A stretch of DNA of 62,564 nucleotides from Rhodobacterales bacterium. GTDB taxonomy: Bacteria; Pseudomonadota; Alphaproteobacteria; Rhodobacterales; Rhodobacteraceae. The translations under genes and the position numbers were made by a program. Numbering within the stretch: position 1 is the first letter of the stretch; every line of letters starts with the position of its first letter. The DNA lies in assembly GCA_031430315.1 (NCBI GenBank), contig JANPBI010000139.1, forward strand, positions 1 to 62,564, in the 5' to 3' direction. Below, in pieces: positions 8,653 through 17,744 of the stretch. Under the pieces are notes generated by a model, which did not search any database, was not told the DNA's origin, and worked only from the letters and a program-made list of their open reading frames with translations.

Positions 8653-9749
8653 GTGGCGGTGGTCCGGACGAACAGGACCAGGCAGACAAGGAACACGACG
8701 CCAGCCAGAAAAAGCTGGACGATGCCCGCGCCCAAGGCGACATCGCACGGTCCCAGGACGTTCTTGTTGCCGCCAGCTATGTCGCCTTCCTGGCGGCGAC
8801 GCTGGGCCTGGGCGCTCAGGTCTTGTCCCGCGCGGGCGAGGCAGGGGCTGTCTTGCTTGACCAGTCCGACCGGCTGGCAGAGATGTTTTCGTCAGGCGCA
8901 CGCGCGCCCGTCGGGGGGGCGATCACCGCAATGGCCCTACCGCTGGCACCGTTGTTTCTTGTTCCAATGGTCGCTGTGATTGGCGTGCTTTTTGTGACGC
9001 GTGGCCTCGTCTTTGCCCCTGACAAACTGATGCCCAAATGGAACCGGATCTCTCCCATTGCAACGGCGGGTCAGAAATTCGGTCGCACGGGATTGTTCGA
9101 ATTCCTGAAAAGCTTTGTGAAACTGCTTCTTGTGGCGATCCTGCTGGGCCACTACCTGACCCGGAACGCCGACCGCATTCTTGCCACCCACGCTTTGCCA
9201 CCTGGCTTGGCCATGGCGGAACTGTTGCGGATGACGGTCGGGTTCCTGGCCCTTGTCACCCTGATTTCGGTGGTTCTGGGCCTGATCGACCATCTTTGGC
9301 AACGGTTTGAATTTCTGCGCCGCAACAGGATGTCGCGCAAAGACCTGACCGACGAATCCAAGGAATCCGACGGTGATCCCCATTTCAAGGCCACCCGCCG
9401 TCACAAGGCGCGCGAGATCGCGATGAACCGGATGCTGGAGGACGTCGCGACGGCGGATGTGGTTGTCGTGAACCCGACCCATTACGCTGTGGCCCTGAAA
9501 TGGTCGCGCGACAAGAAACGCGCACCGGTTTGCGTGGCCAAGGGTGTCGACGAGATCGCCGCCCGTATCCGGGAACGCGCAGCTGGGGCTGGCGTGCCGC
9601 TTCACAGCGACCCGCCGACCGCGCGCGCACTACATGCCACCGTGGACATTGGCCAGGAAATCAGCCGCGAACATTATCGGGCCGTGGCCGCCGCAATCCG
9701 CTTTGCCGAAGCGATGCGCAAAAAGGCACGCCAGGCATTGCCGCGATGA
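8649..9749 (+). CDS. flhB: Flagellar export switch protein FlhB
   Basis: 366 aa. N-terminal EQDQADKEHDASQKKLDDARAQGDIARSQD, four TM segments and the autocleavage NPTH motif (VVVNPTHYAVAL). Confidence 0.95.
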   Translation: MSGGGPDEQDQADKEHDASQKKLDDARAQGDIARSQDVLVAASYVAFLAATLGLGAQVLSRAGEAGAVLLDQSDRLAEMFSSGARAPVGGAITAMALPLAPLFLVPMVAVIGVLFVTRGLVFAPDKLMPKWNRISPIATAGQKFGRTGLFEFLKSFVKLLLVAILLGHYLTRNADRILATHALPPGLAMAELLRMTVGFLALVTLISVVLGLIDHLWQRFEFLRRNRMSRKDLTDESKESDGDPHFKATRRHKAREIAMNRMLEDVATADVVVVNPTHYAVALKWSRDKKRAPVCVAKGVDEIAARIRERAAGAGVPLHSDPPTARALHATVDIGQEISREHYRAVAAAIRFAEAMRKKARQALPR

Positions 9750-10093
9750 ACCGAGACAACCTTCGCCGCCTGTTGGCGCTTTCGGCTATGGTACAGGACT
9801 TGCGCCTTGCCGAACTGTCGCAGGCCGAGGCGGCTCGGGCGGCAAGTGTCGCCTCCCTCGCGCGGCTGAACGCCCCGCCGCCCGAGACTGATCTTGATCC
9901 GGTGGCCGCAGATCGCGTGCAGGTGACCTATGAACGCTGGGCCGATGTCCGGCGCAAGGAACTTAAGTCGACTATCGCCCGGCAAACCGAAATCTGCCTC
10001 GCCGCGCAGTCGCAGGCGAGGACAGCTTTTGGCCGCCAGCAGGCGCTGATCTCGGTCGCAGACCGCATGGCAGCGGCCAAAAACCGGCTCTAA
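9746..10093 (+). CDS. Small coiled-coil protein, last gene of the flhA-fliR-flhB operon (possibly FliJ-like)
   Basis: ATG at 9746 overlaps the flhB TGA (ATGA). 115 aa, Ala/Arg/Gln-rich and helical, with no TM segment. The ORF-track start at 9500 is an in-frame extension inside flhB. Confidence 0.5.
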   Translation: MNRDNLRRLLALSAMVQDLRLAELSQAEAARAASVASLARLNAPPPETDLDPVAADRVQVTYERWADVRRKELKSTIARQTEICLAAQSQARTAFGRQQALISVADRMAAAKNRL

Positions 10094-10118
10094 CGTCGCA
10101 GAAAGCCCGGCAGTTTCA

Positions 10119-10548
10119 TCAGATCCCACCGCATGTGCGGCTCGGCTCCCGGACTTTTTGTCGGCCACCCTGGCGTGGTAGCCAGCCTTGAAATGCGCCG
10201 CAACCGGATCCGCCGTCCCACCCTGTCTCAAATCCGCCCCACGCGAAGTCCAGCGCCAGGTTCAGCCTGGTGCGGGTCAGTTGCTTGATGACGTCGCAAT
10301 CTTCCATATTGTCAAAGATCGACCTTGGTTCGCCTAGGCCTGGGAAACGAGAAAAGCGCGGGCCGCCGTCTCCACGCCCCAGCAAGGCACCGCGCATGAC
10401 AGTTCGCCACCATGCCGCAGAAGGCGTCCATCTTGATCTCATGCTGCGACAACGGGTCGGGCAAATGTGTGTAGTCTTGTACAAAACATGGCTTTAATAT
10501 TACGTTTTCAGCGGAGATGAGATCTGGCTCGATCATCGCGGTTGGCAC
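10119..10548 (-). pseudogene. Frameshifted remnant of an unidentified gene
   Basis: Minus-strand ORFs 10312-10548 and 10119-10484 overlap. Joining them around CGMVANCHAR / GALLGRGD gives one continuous protein-like sequence. No intact ORF longer than 121 aa is present. Confidence 0.35.
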
Positions 10549-10975
10549 CAGATCCGCTCGTAAAGGTTTGGGATCTTGCCGGCATTGACATTCAAACTAT
10601 CGCCATTCGGCTTTGCCGGCGGATCGGCGGCAAATAAATAGACGCGTGCAGCAATATCCTCGGGCCGAACAGACCGTTTCAGCAAGGTGGTCGGCAGTGC
10701 ATCTCTTGAAAACCGCCCGTTTTTGTCTTTTCGTTGTCGGCAGACGGGTCCAGCCCCTCGCCAGACCAGATGGTCGTCCACCGAAAAGCGATGTAGGTCG
10801 CGCCCATTGCGGAACGTCGTGTTTTCCTTTGTTGCTTCCAGCGCGGTGTCGCCAGTTTAAGCCACCACGACGCAGACCCCCTCGACCAACAACCGTCTCG
10901 CCGTGGCCGATCCGGTGGCTCCGGACAGTCGGTAAAGCCCTTTGGATGGCTGCGACCGTTAGGCCATGGCAATCA
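10533..10975 (-). pseudogene. Decayed NAD(P)-binding dehydrogenase (SDR/NmrA-like) remnant
   Basis: Minus-strand translation gives Rossmann-like LSGATGSATARRLLVEGVCVVVA, ended by an in-frame TAA (plus-strand 10857-10859). Another frame holds an SDR-like C-terminus, RPEDIAARVYLFAADPPAKPNGDSLNVNAG. The total is far too short for an intact SDR. Confidence 0.4.
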
Positions 10976-11797
10976 GTCAGTCTTATCCCCGAAAGTCCTC
11001 ACTTTCAGACTTTTGGAATTAACCGAGGCGGCAATTTCGATCATCGCATCCGGGTGCATGTCGTCGACAAGTTGGCGCGGCAAAAAGGCTTAAAGGAGCG
11101 TGTCGATTCTGGCGGCGCGCGAGTTCAGGCTGACACTAGGTTGGGCGGATAGCTTGCCATTTCGTCCTCAAACGACATTCCAGATTAAAGCCCCCAAAGC
11201 TTGCTGCCTGTCCGCAGCCAGCAAGAGGTCTTCTTCGCCAAATGGCTAGCGCCGCTTATGCGCGCGATCATCGTCGGCGCGGCGACCAAGGGCGTCGATT
11301 TCGGATCAGAGGTCAACGTTTCCGCCTTCGTGGCCGAACTCACGGTGCAAAGGCTGGCAAGTCTTACGCCGCTGTCTTTACCAACATTGAGGAAGGCCGC
11401 ATGCGATTGGATGGCTTTGTGATTTCCGGCGCGCCGGCGGACCCAAATCGCCGACATCGTGGTAGCCAACTCCGACGGCGCTCCTTTTGGCATCCGGCTT
11501 TTCCCGGCGTTCCTTTTGTCATGCGGGATGTCGGTATCACCCGCATTCTCAAGTCCAAAGCCAAGGTCGCAGCGGTTGACCCCGGTGATCCTCGCTTAGA
11601 TTGCCGTCAAGACACGCAGACCACTGCCACCAACGGCCCGCAAATCTCTATTGTGCGCGCAGATCGGTGCCGCTGTTGGCGTGTCGCACTTGTTACAGCC
11701 AACAGGCGTTATCTTATCATTTTGCTCCGCACACACCGACTCAGGTTAGCCCTTTCCTTGCCGGGTCTGTCATCCTCGGGCTTGGACCCGTCTGCGA

Positions 11798-12631
11798 CTA
11801 GTCTTCCGACAGCCCGCCTATGACCCGCCGTGCTGCCAGAACCAGCGGCGGGATGGTCTCTTTCAGGATCTGGTTGCGATCATACCGGTCCGGGTCTGCA
11901 CGCACCGCCTGCTGCAGCGCATTGCCAAAGACCTGCCGCAACTCTGTCCCGATATTGAACTTGCAGACCGTCGTCTGCTGCGCCAGCGCCCGGCGCAGGT
12001 CAGGCGCAATCCCTGATCCGCCGTGCAAGACCAGCGGCAGATCAGGTGCTTCTGCCCCGATCCGTTGCAGCAACCTGATGTCGATTTCGGCCCCCGTCCC
12101 CGTCATCAGATGCACATTCCCGACCGACACCGCCAGCGCGTCTATCCCGGTTTCAGCAGCGAATTGTGCCACCATGGCAGGGTCGGTTCCCCGCGACTCA
12201 GCCCCACTTGCATAGCCGACATAGCCGAGCTCTGCCTCGACCGAGACGCCCAATGCATGCGCCATACTGACGATTTCTGCGGTATTAGAGACGTTTTGTG
12301 CAAAGGGAAGCGCCGATCCGTCATACATCACGGACGTGAACCCATGCTCAATCGCGGCACAGCAAACACTCAGCCCTTCGCCATGATCCAGATGCGCCAC
12401 AACGGGAACCGACGCCCTCTCAGCTAGATACCGGAACATTGCCCCCAGCACTGGCAGCGGCGTATGCGCCCGACATCCCGGCCCGGCCTGCAAGATCACG
12501 GGTCGTCCCTCGGCCTCGGCGGCCATGACATAGGCCTGCGCATCTTCCCAACCGAGGACGACCATCCCTGCGACCGCCGTGCCGTCCGCAAGGCAGGGGC
12601 GCAGCACCTGATCCAGCGTGGCGACGGTCAT
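11798..12631 (-). CDS. iolJ: Class II aldolase family protein, IolJ-like (6-phospho-5-dehydro-2-deoxy-D-gluconate aldolase)
   Basis: 277 aa. Class II FBA/tagatose-bisphosphate aldolase motifs are present: PVVAHLDHG, VEAELGYVG, GNVH and PLVLHGGSG. Its ATG overlaps the iolB stop (ATGA). Confidence 0.75.
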   Translation of the reverse strand: MTVATLDQVLRPCLADGTAVAGMVVLGWEDAQAYVMAAEAEGRPVILQAGPGCRAHTPLPVLGAMFRYLAERASVPVVAHLDHGEGLSVCCAAIEHGFTSVMYDGSALPFAQNVSNTAEIVSMAHALGVSVEAELGYVGYASGAESRGTDPAMVAQFAAETGIDALAVSVGNVHLMTGTGAEIDIRLLQRIGAEAPDLPLVLHGGSGIAPDLRRALAQQTTVCKFNIGTELRQVFGNALQQAVRADPDRYDRNQILKETIPPLVLAARRVIGGLSED

Positions 12632-13470
12632 TTGAACTTTGCGATCATGTCCTTGATCCCCGGGATCGTCTCGATCTGGTCGGCGTGGCTGGGTTGGAAG
12701 TACTGCACCAGGGGTCGCTGGCTTTGCCCACCCAGAATGGTGAAATAGTACATCTCATACCCCGGCAGGACACAGCAGGGATGATACCCGGTATCGATCC
12801 CGATCGTCGATCCGTCGACGATGTGATAAGCGTCCCCCGGTTTGCCGTCCTCGCGCTGCCGCATCTGCAGGCCCGATCCGTGGGCTGGGTTAAAGCGGAA
12901 ATTGTACACCTCGTCATGCCGCGTCTCGATGGGCAGACGGTCCGTGTCATGCTTGTGGCTGGGAAATCCCGACCAACCGCCTGCGCCGACGGTATATAGT
13001 TCCGACACCAGCAGCCGCCCGACCCGGTCATGATAGCGCTGCCCCAGGATATGCTTGATCTTGCGGTGCGTCTTGGTGTCGTCGGACCCGTATTGCACGG
13101 GGTCAATCTCCTCTGCCCGGATGGCAAAAGCAGGTCGGGTGGTGTCGTACCGCGCCCCTGCGACAAACACCTCTGCCACGTCCGAAATACAGGTGATCCG
13201 GGCTGGACGGCCAGATCCCACATAGACGCCTTCCGGCTCGCCATCCCAGACGTTCAGGCGGCGCTTGCCGATACCTGCGAAATCCGTGCCGTCAACTGCG
13301 ACGTCAACCGTCCCTGTCGCAGGCACGATGCAGGTCTCGTAGCCCGGCACGACGGACTCAAAGCTCGCGCCCCGCGCCAGCTTGACGATGTTGAAATAAA
13401 CAAGCGGCACCAGCGGATGGTCGGGACCAACGATTGGCAGGTTGCGATTGTTATGCGGGGCAATGTGCAT
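12628..13470 (-). CDS. iolB: 5-deoxy-glucuronate isomerase IolB
   Basis: 280 aa cupin-type protein with the typical IolB length and context between iolC and the aldolase. AGGAGA RBS upstream. Confidence 0.85.
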   Translation of the reverse strand: MHIAPHNNRNLPIVGPDHPLVPLVYFNIVKLARGASFESVVPGYETCIVPATGTVDVAVDGTDFAGIGKRRLNVWDGEPEGVYVGSGRPARITCISDVAEVFVAGARYDTTRPAFAIRAEEIDPVQYGSDDTKTHRKIKHILGQRYHDRVGRLLVSELYTVGAGGWSGFPSHKHDTDRLPIETRHDEVYNFRFNPAHGSGLQMRQREDGKPGDAYHIVDGSTIGIDTGYHPCCVLPGYEMYYFTILGGQSQRPLVQYFQPSHADQIETIPGIKDMIAKFK

Positions 13471-13478
13471 CCGGTCTC

Positions 13479-14420
13479 CTAATGTTGAGCCAAAAACGTC
13501 TCTAACGTGCCTGTATCAGGCGAAGCTGGCGCACATCCAATCCCTGACACGATGATCGCGGCGGTGGCCGACCCGCGACGGATAGCGGCATCCAGCGTCG
13601 TGCCCCGCGCCAGTCCCGCCAGCAGCCCGCCCATGAATCCATCCCCAGCCCCGGTTGGCTTCAACGCCTTGACGGAAAAGATGCCAGTCTCGAACTGATA
13701 GTCGGGGGTAAAGGTCACAGATCCCGCCGCACCCCGCTTGTAGACGACAAGCAGCGCGGTTTCCTGTGCAATCCGCCGCGCAAGCGCCAGACCTTCCGCA
13801 CCCTGCGCCAGCAGCGCAAACTCTTCGTCATTGCCGACCACGATATCCGCCGCACGTGCCGCGATCAGGCAAGTGTGGGCGGCGTCGCTGCGGCTGACCC
13901 AAGAATAGGTGCGATAGTCGACATCCAGCACAACCAATGCACCCGCTGCCTTTGCCTGCTTGATTGCCAGCAGGCAGGCCCCCCGCGAGGGTTCCGCTGC
14001 AAGCGCAGTGCCTGTCACCACCAACGCGGACAAGGGCGCGAAATCGACCATTGTTACATCTGCCTCGGTCAGGTCGAAATCAGCGGCGCCATTTCGGTAT
14101 AGTACCGTCTGGCACCCTTCTGCCCGGGTTTCCGTCACCGCCAGCGATGTCCGCACCCCGCCGGGGACCGACCTCACATGTGTGGTGCCAACTCCGTACC
14201 GTGCCAGTTCTGCCCGGCAATAGCGCCCAACCGCGTCATCCGACAGACAGGATATCAGCCCGACCTCGACCCCTTGTCGGGCCAGTGCCACGGCAATATT
14301 GCCCGCAGATCCGCCAATCGCGGAGATGTAGCGGGCTGCACTTTCGATCGGCGTTCCGGGTGGATCGGCATAGAGGTCCATCCCTACCCGCCCCAATACC
14401 AGTACCCGTCCAAGCTGCAT
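13479..14420 (-). CDS. iolC: 5-dehydro-2-deoxygluconokinase IolC (PfkB family)
   Basis: PfkB motifs: N-terminal VLVLGRVGMDLY and C-terminal PTGAGDGFMGGLLAGL. The start was chosen at the ATG preceded by GGAG. In-frame ATGs at 14441 and 14456 are alternatives. Confidence 0.85.
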   Translation of the reverse strand: MQLGRVLVLGRVGMDLYADPPGTPIESAARYISAIGGSAGNIAVALARQGVEVGLISCLSDDAVGRYCRAELARYGVGTTHVRSVPGGVRTSLAVTETRAEGCQTVLYRNGAADFDLTEADVTMVDFAPLSALVVTGTALAAEPSRGACLLAIKQAKAAGALVVLDVDYRTYSWVSRSDAAHTCLIAARAADIVVGNDEEFALLAQGAEGLALARRIAQETALLVVYKRGAAGSVTFTPDYQFETGIFSVKALKPTGAGDGFMGGLLAGLARGTTLDAAIRRGSATAAIIVSGIGCAPASPDTGTLETFLAQH

Positions 14421-14536
14421 GCGGCTCCAAAGGCGTTGCATCAATGCTGGCCACATCGCGTCGCCGAAATCATGCCCCGCTCCTTTTACCTACAGGTTTC
14501 CAGTTGACCTTTGCTGCTGGCTCAGGATACTCATTT

Positions 14537-14560
14537 TGTAACCGGTTGCAAACGGTTTCA
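14537..14560. promoter_or_regulatory. Two overlapping LacI-family-type operator-like palindromes
   Basis: TGTAACCGGTTGCA (14537-14550) is 12 of 14 self-complementary with a perfect AACCGGTT core. It overlaps TGCAAACGGTTTCA (14547-14560). Both lie in the divergent iolC / oxidoreductase intergenic region, just upstream of the RBS GGGGAGG. A LacI regulator is encoded at 17741-18733. Confidence 0.45.
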
Positions 14561-14574
14561 AAGGGGAGGCGCGG

Positions 14575-15681
14575 TTGCGCGATATTGGCATCGGGATTGT
14601 CGGCGGCGGCTATATGGGCAAGGCCCATGCGGTGGCAATGTCCGCTGTTGGCGCGGTGTTCGAGACGCAGTTGCGCCCTCGATTGGAAATGGTTGCAGCG
14701 ACGAGCACAGAATCGGCGGAACGCTACCGTCTTGCCTATGGATTTAAGCGCGCAACGGGCGATTGGCGTTCCCTTGTATCCGACCCCTTGGTCGAGGCCG
14801 TGGTGATCGCCAGCACGCAAGACACCCATCGCGCCATTGCTGAGGCGGCTTTTGCGCTGGGCAAGCCGGTCTTGTGTGAAAAGCCGCTGGGCGCAAACCT
14901 TGACGACAGCTTTGCCATGGTCGCCGCCGCCGAGACGTCCGGCTGCGCCAACATGGTCGGCTTCAACTACATCCGCACGCCTGCCTCGCAATATGCGCGC
15001 GCGCTGGTCGCGGCTGGGGAAATCGGCACTATCAACTGGTTCCGCGGGGAACATACCGAAGATTTCGACAGCGATCCCGGTAAACCTGCAACCTGGCGTA
15101 GCCACGGCGCGGCCAATGGCACGATGGGCGACCTTGCCCCGCATATGATCAATGCCGCCTTGGCTCTCATCGGCCCAATTTCCCGCCTGTCCGCCGATAT
15201 CGCCACGGTCCACAAGACCCGCCCCGGCCCGGACGGCCCGATCACCGTGACGAATGATGACATCGGCCAGTTCCTGTGCCGTTTTGAAAATGGCGCGATG
15301 GGGCACCTTTCCTTTAGCCGCATCGCGACGGGTCGCAAGATGGGCTATGCCTACGAGATCACCGGCACCAAGGGCGCGATCCGCTTTGATCAAGAGGATC
15401 AGAATGCTCTCTGGCTCTACAAAGCCGACGGTCCCGAAGGCCAGCGCGGTTTCCGCAAGGTCCTGACCGGCCCGGCCCATCCCGACTATCTGCCCTTTTG
15501 CCAAGGTCCCGGCCATGGGACAGGCTATCAGGACCAAATCATCATCGAGGCGCGCGATTTCCTGCGCGCCATTGAGACCAACACCCCCGTCTGGCCGACC
15601 TTTCGCGACGGGCTGGAGGTGATGCGTGTCGTCACCGCCGCCCTTGGCTCTGCCGCGTCAGGCCAGTGGGTCAATCTGTAA
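14575..15681 (+). CDS. Gfo/Idh/MocA family oxidoreductase (inositol dehydrogenase-like)
   Basis: 368 aa with a TTG start after a GGGGAGG RBS. N-terminal Rossmann IGIGIVGGGYMGKAHA and the EKP motif (VLCEKPL). Confidence 0.8.
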   Translation: MRDIGIGIVGGGYMGKAHAVAMSAVGAVFETQLRPRLEMVAATSTESAERYRLAYGFKRATGDWRSLVSDPLVEAVVIASTQDTHRAIAEAAFALGKPVLCEKPLGANLDDSFAMVAAAETSGCANMVGFNYIRTPASQYARALVAAGEIGTINWFRGEHTEDFDSDPGKPATWRSHGAANGTMGDLAPHMINAALALIGPISRLSADIATVHKTRPGPDGPITVTNDDIGQFLCRFENGAMGHLSFSRIATGRKMGYAYEITGTKGAIRFDQEDQNALWLYKADGPEGQRGFRKVLTGPAHPDYLPFCQGPGHGTGYQDQIIIEARDFLRAIETNTPVWPTFRDGLEVMRVVTAALGSAASGQWVNL

Positions 15682-15691
15682 AGGAGTGTCC

Positions 15692-16576
15692 ATGATCCGC
15701 ATCGGCAATGCCCCCTGTTCCTGGGGCGTCGAATTCGCCAACGACCCCCGCAACCCCGACTGGCGGCGCGTGCTGTCCGATTGCGCGGCTGCGGGCTACA
15801 AAGGGATTGAGCTTGGCCCCGTCGGCTTCATGCCCGAGGATCCGGCGATCCTTGCCGGCGCGCTCGCCGAAAACGACATGACGCTGATCGGGGGCGTGGT
15901 ATTCCGCCCGTTCCACGATCCCGCTGCCTGGGATGATGTGTGGGACGGCGCGATGCGCACTTGCAAGGCGCTGGTTGCCCATGGCGCAAAGCACCTTGTC
16001 CTGATTGACAGCATCTCGCCGCGCCGCGCTCCAACCGCCGGTCGCGCGTCCGAGGCGGAGCAGATGGACACCTCCGAATGGCACGCCTTTACCGATCGCA
16101 TCCGGACCGTAGCCAAACTCGGCGTCGATCACGGCCTGACCGTTGGCATCCATGCCCATGCCGCAGGTTTCATCGATTTTGAGCCGGAATTGGAACGCTT
16201 ACTGGACGAAACCGACGAGGCCTTGCTGAAAATCTGTTTCGACACCGGCCACCATTCCTATGCCGGTTTCGATCCCGTGGCGTTCATGCACCGCCATATC
16301 GGGCGCATTTCCTACATGCACTTCAAGGACATAGACCCTGTGGTCAAGGCGCGTGCCGTGGCCAACCGCACAGGGTTTTATGACGCTACCGGCGAAGGTA
16401 TCTTTTGCAACCTCGGCAAAGGCGACGTGGACTTTCCCGCCGTTCGCAAGATCCTGACAGATGCCGGTTTCGACGGCTGGTGCACGGTGGAACAGGATTG
16501 CGACCCAGCAGGGCCCACCTCACCTGTTGACGATGCAACGGCCAACCGGGGCTATCTTACCTCAATCGGATTCTAG
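15692..16576 (+). CDS. Xylose-isomerase-like TIM-barrel protein (IolE-like inosose dehydratase/isomerase)
   Basis: 294 aa from the ATG at 15692, preceded by AAGGAG. N-terminal IGNAPCSWGVEF and a metal-binding-like CFDTGHH. The ORF-track start at 15626 overlaps the upstream gene. Confidence 0.75.
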   Translation: MIRIGNAPCSWGVEFANDPRNPDWRRVLSDCAAAGYKGIELGPVGFMPEDPAILAGALAENDMTLIGGVVFRPFHDPAAWDDVWDGAMRTCKALVAHGAKHLVLIDSISPRRAPTAGRASEAEQMDTSEWHAFTDRIRTVAKLGVDHGLTVGIHAHAAGFIDFEPELERLLDETDEALLKICFDTGHHSYAGFDPVAFMHRHIGRISYMHFKDIDPVVKARAVANRTGFYDATGEGIFCNLGKGDVDFPAVRKILTDAGFDGWCTVEQDCDPAGPTSPVDDATANRGYLTSIGF

Positions 16577-16586
16577 GGGACTTGCG

Positions 16587-17744
16587 ATGACGAAACTGAA
16601 CTGGGGCATGATCGGTGGTGGCGATGGCAGCCAGATCGGCCCGGCCCACCGCCTGGCGGCAGGTCTTGATGCGCATTTCGACTTTGTCGCGGGTGCTCTG
16701 GACCACGACCCCGCGCGCGGGCGCGCATTTGCCCAGCGTCTGGGCATCGCCCCGGACCGCGCATATGGCGACTGGCGTGAAATGCTTGCGGGCGAGGTCA
16801 AACGCCCCGACCGAATCGACCTTGTCACCGTCGCCACCCCCAATTCGACCCACTATGAGATCACCAAGGCTTTCCTTGAGGCTGGGATCAACGTTCTGTG
16901 CGAAAAGCCCCTAACCGTGACCGAGGCCGAGGCCGAGGATTTGGTCCTGACCGCCCGCCGCGTGGGCAAGATTTGCGCGGTCAATTATGGCTACACCGGC
17001 TATGCGCTGGTCCGTCACATGCGGGCCATGGTTGCGCGCGGTGATCTGGGCAAGGTCCGCCTTGTCGTCGCCGAATTTGCCCACGGACACCACGCTAACG
17101 CCGCCGACATGGACAACCCTCGCGTCCGCTGGCGCTACGACCCGGCGCAGGCGGGCGTGTCGGCCCAGTTCGCCGATTGCGGCATCCACGCACTGCACAT
17201 GGCCAGCTTTGTGACGGGCCAAGAGGTCGCGACCCTGTCCGCTGACTTTGCCTCATGCCTCGCTGGGCGCGTTCTGGAAGACGATGCGATGGTCAACTTC
17301 CGCATGGATCAGGGTACTGTCGGGCGGCTTTGGACATCGTCGGTCGCCATCGGTCGCCAGCACGGCCTGACAATCCAGGTCTTTGGCGAAACCGGCGGCC
17401 TGCGCTGGGCGCAAGAGCAGCCGAACCAGCTTTACTACATGCCGCTCGGCCAGCGCCTGCAAGTCATCGAACGTGGCGAGGGCAATCTGTCGCCCGAGGC
17501 GGATCGTGCCAGTCGCGTCACCGTCGGACATGCCGAGGGGATGCCGCTGGCCTTTGGCAACATCTACCGCGACCTTGCTGAAACCCTGATCGCAACCCGC
17601 GACGGTCGCAAGCCCGACCCCGCGATCAGCCTGTTCCCGCTTGCCGATGCCGGTTTGCGGTCCATTGCTGCCATTCATGCGGCCGTGGCGTCAGCCGGCC
17701 AACATGGGGCCTGGGTCGATGCCCGCCCGAAACTTTTCCGTTAG
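16587..17744 (+). CDS. Gfo/Idh/MocA family oxidoreductase
   Basis: 385 aa from the ATG at 16587. Motifs: NWGMIGGGDGSQIGPAH and VLCEKPL. The ORF-track start at 16461 lies inside the upstream gene. Confidence 0.8.
   Translation: MTKLNWGMIGGGDGSQIGPAHRLAAGLDAHFDFVAGALDHDPARGRAFAQRLGIAPDRAYGDWREMLAGEVKRPDRIDLVTVATPNSTHYEITKAFLEAGINVLCEKPLTVTEAEAEDLVLTARRVGKICAVNYGYTGYALVRHMRAMVARGDLGKVRLVVAEFAHGHHANAADMDNPRVRWRYDPAQAGVSAQFADCGIHALHMASFVTGQEVATLSADFASCLAGRVLEDDAMVNFRMDQGTVGRLWTSSVAIGRQHGLTIQVFGETGGLRWAQEQPNQLYYMPLGQRLQVIERGEGNLSPEADRASRVTVGHAEGMPLAFGNIYRDLAETLIATRDGRKPDPAISLFPLADAGLRSIAAIHAAVASAGQHGAWVDARPKLFR

Noticed and set aside
11185-11797. IS element or transposase fragment in the unassigned part of the decay zone
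   Set aside because: I found no terminal inverted repeats, no target-site duplication and no DDE or HTH motif in any frame. It remains simply unassigned.
14470-15537. 355-aa minus-strand ORF antisense to the Gfo/Idh/MocA oxidoreductase, and the 280-aa plus-strand ORF 13964-14806 antisense to iolC
   Set aside because: Both overlap genes with clear family motifs on the other strand. Their own translations have no recognisable motifs and an Arg/Ala/Gly-biased composition.
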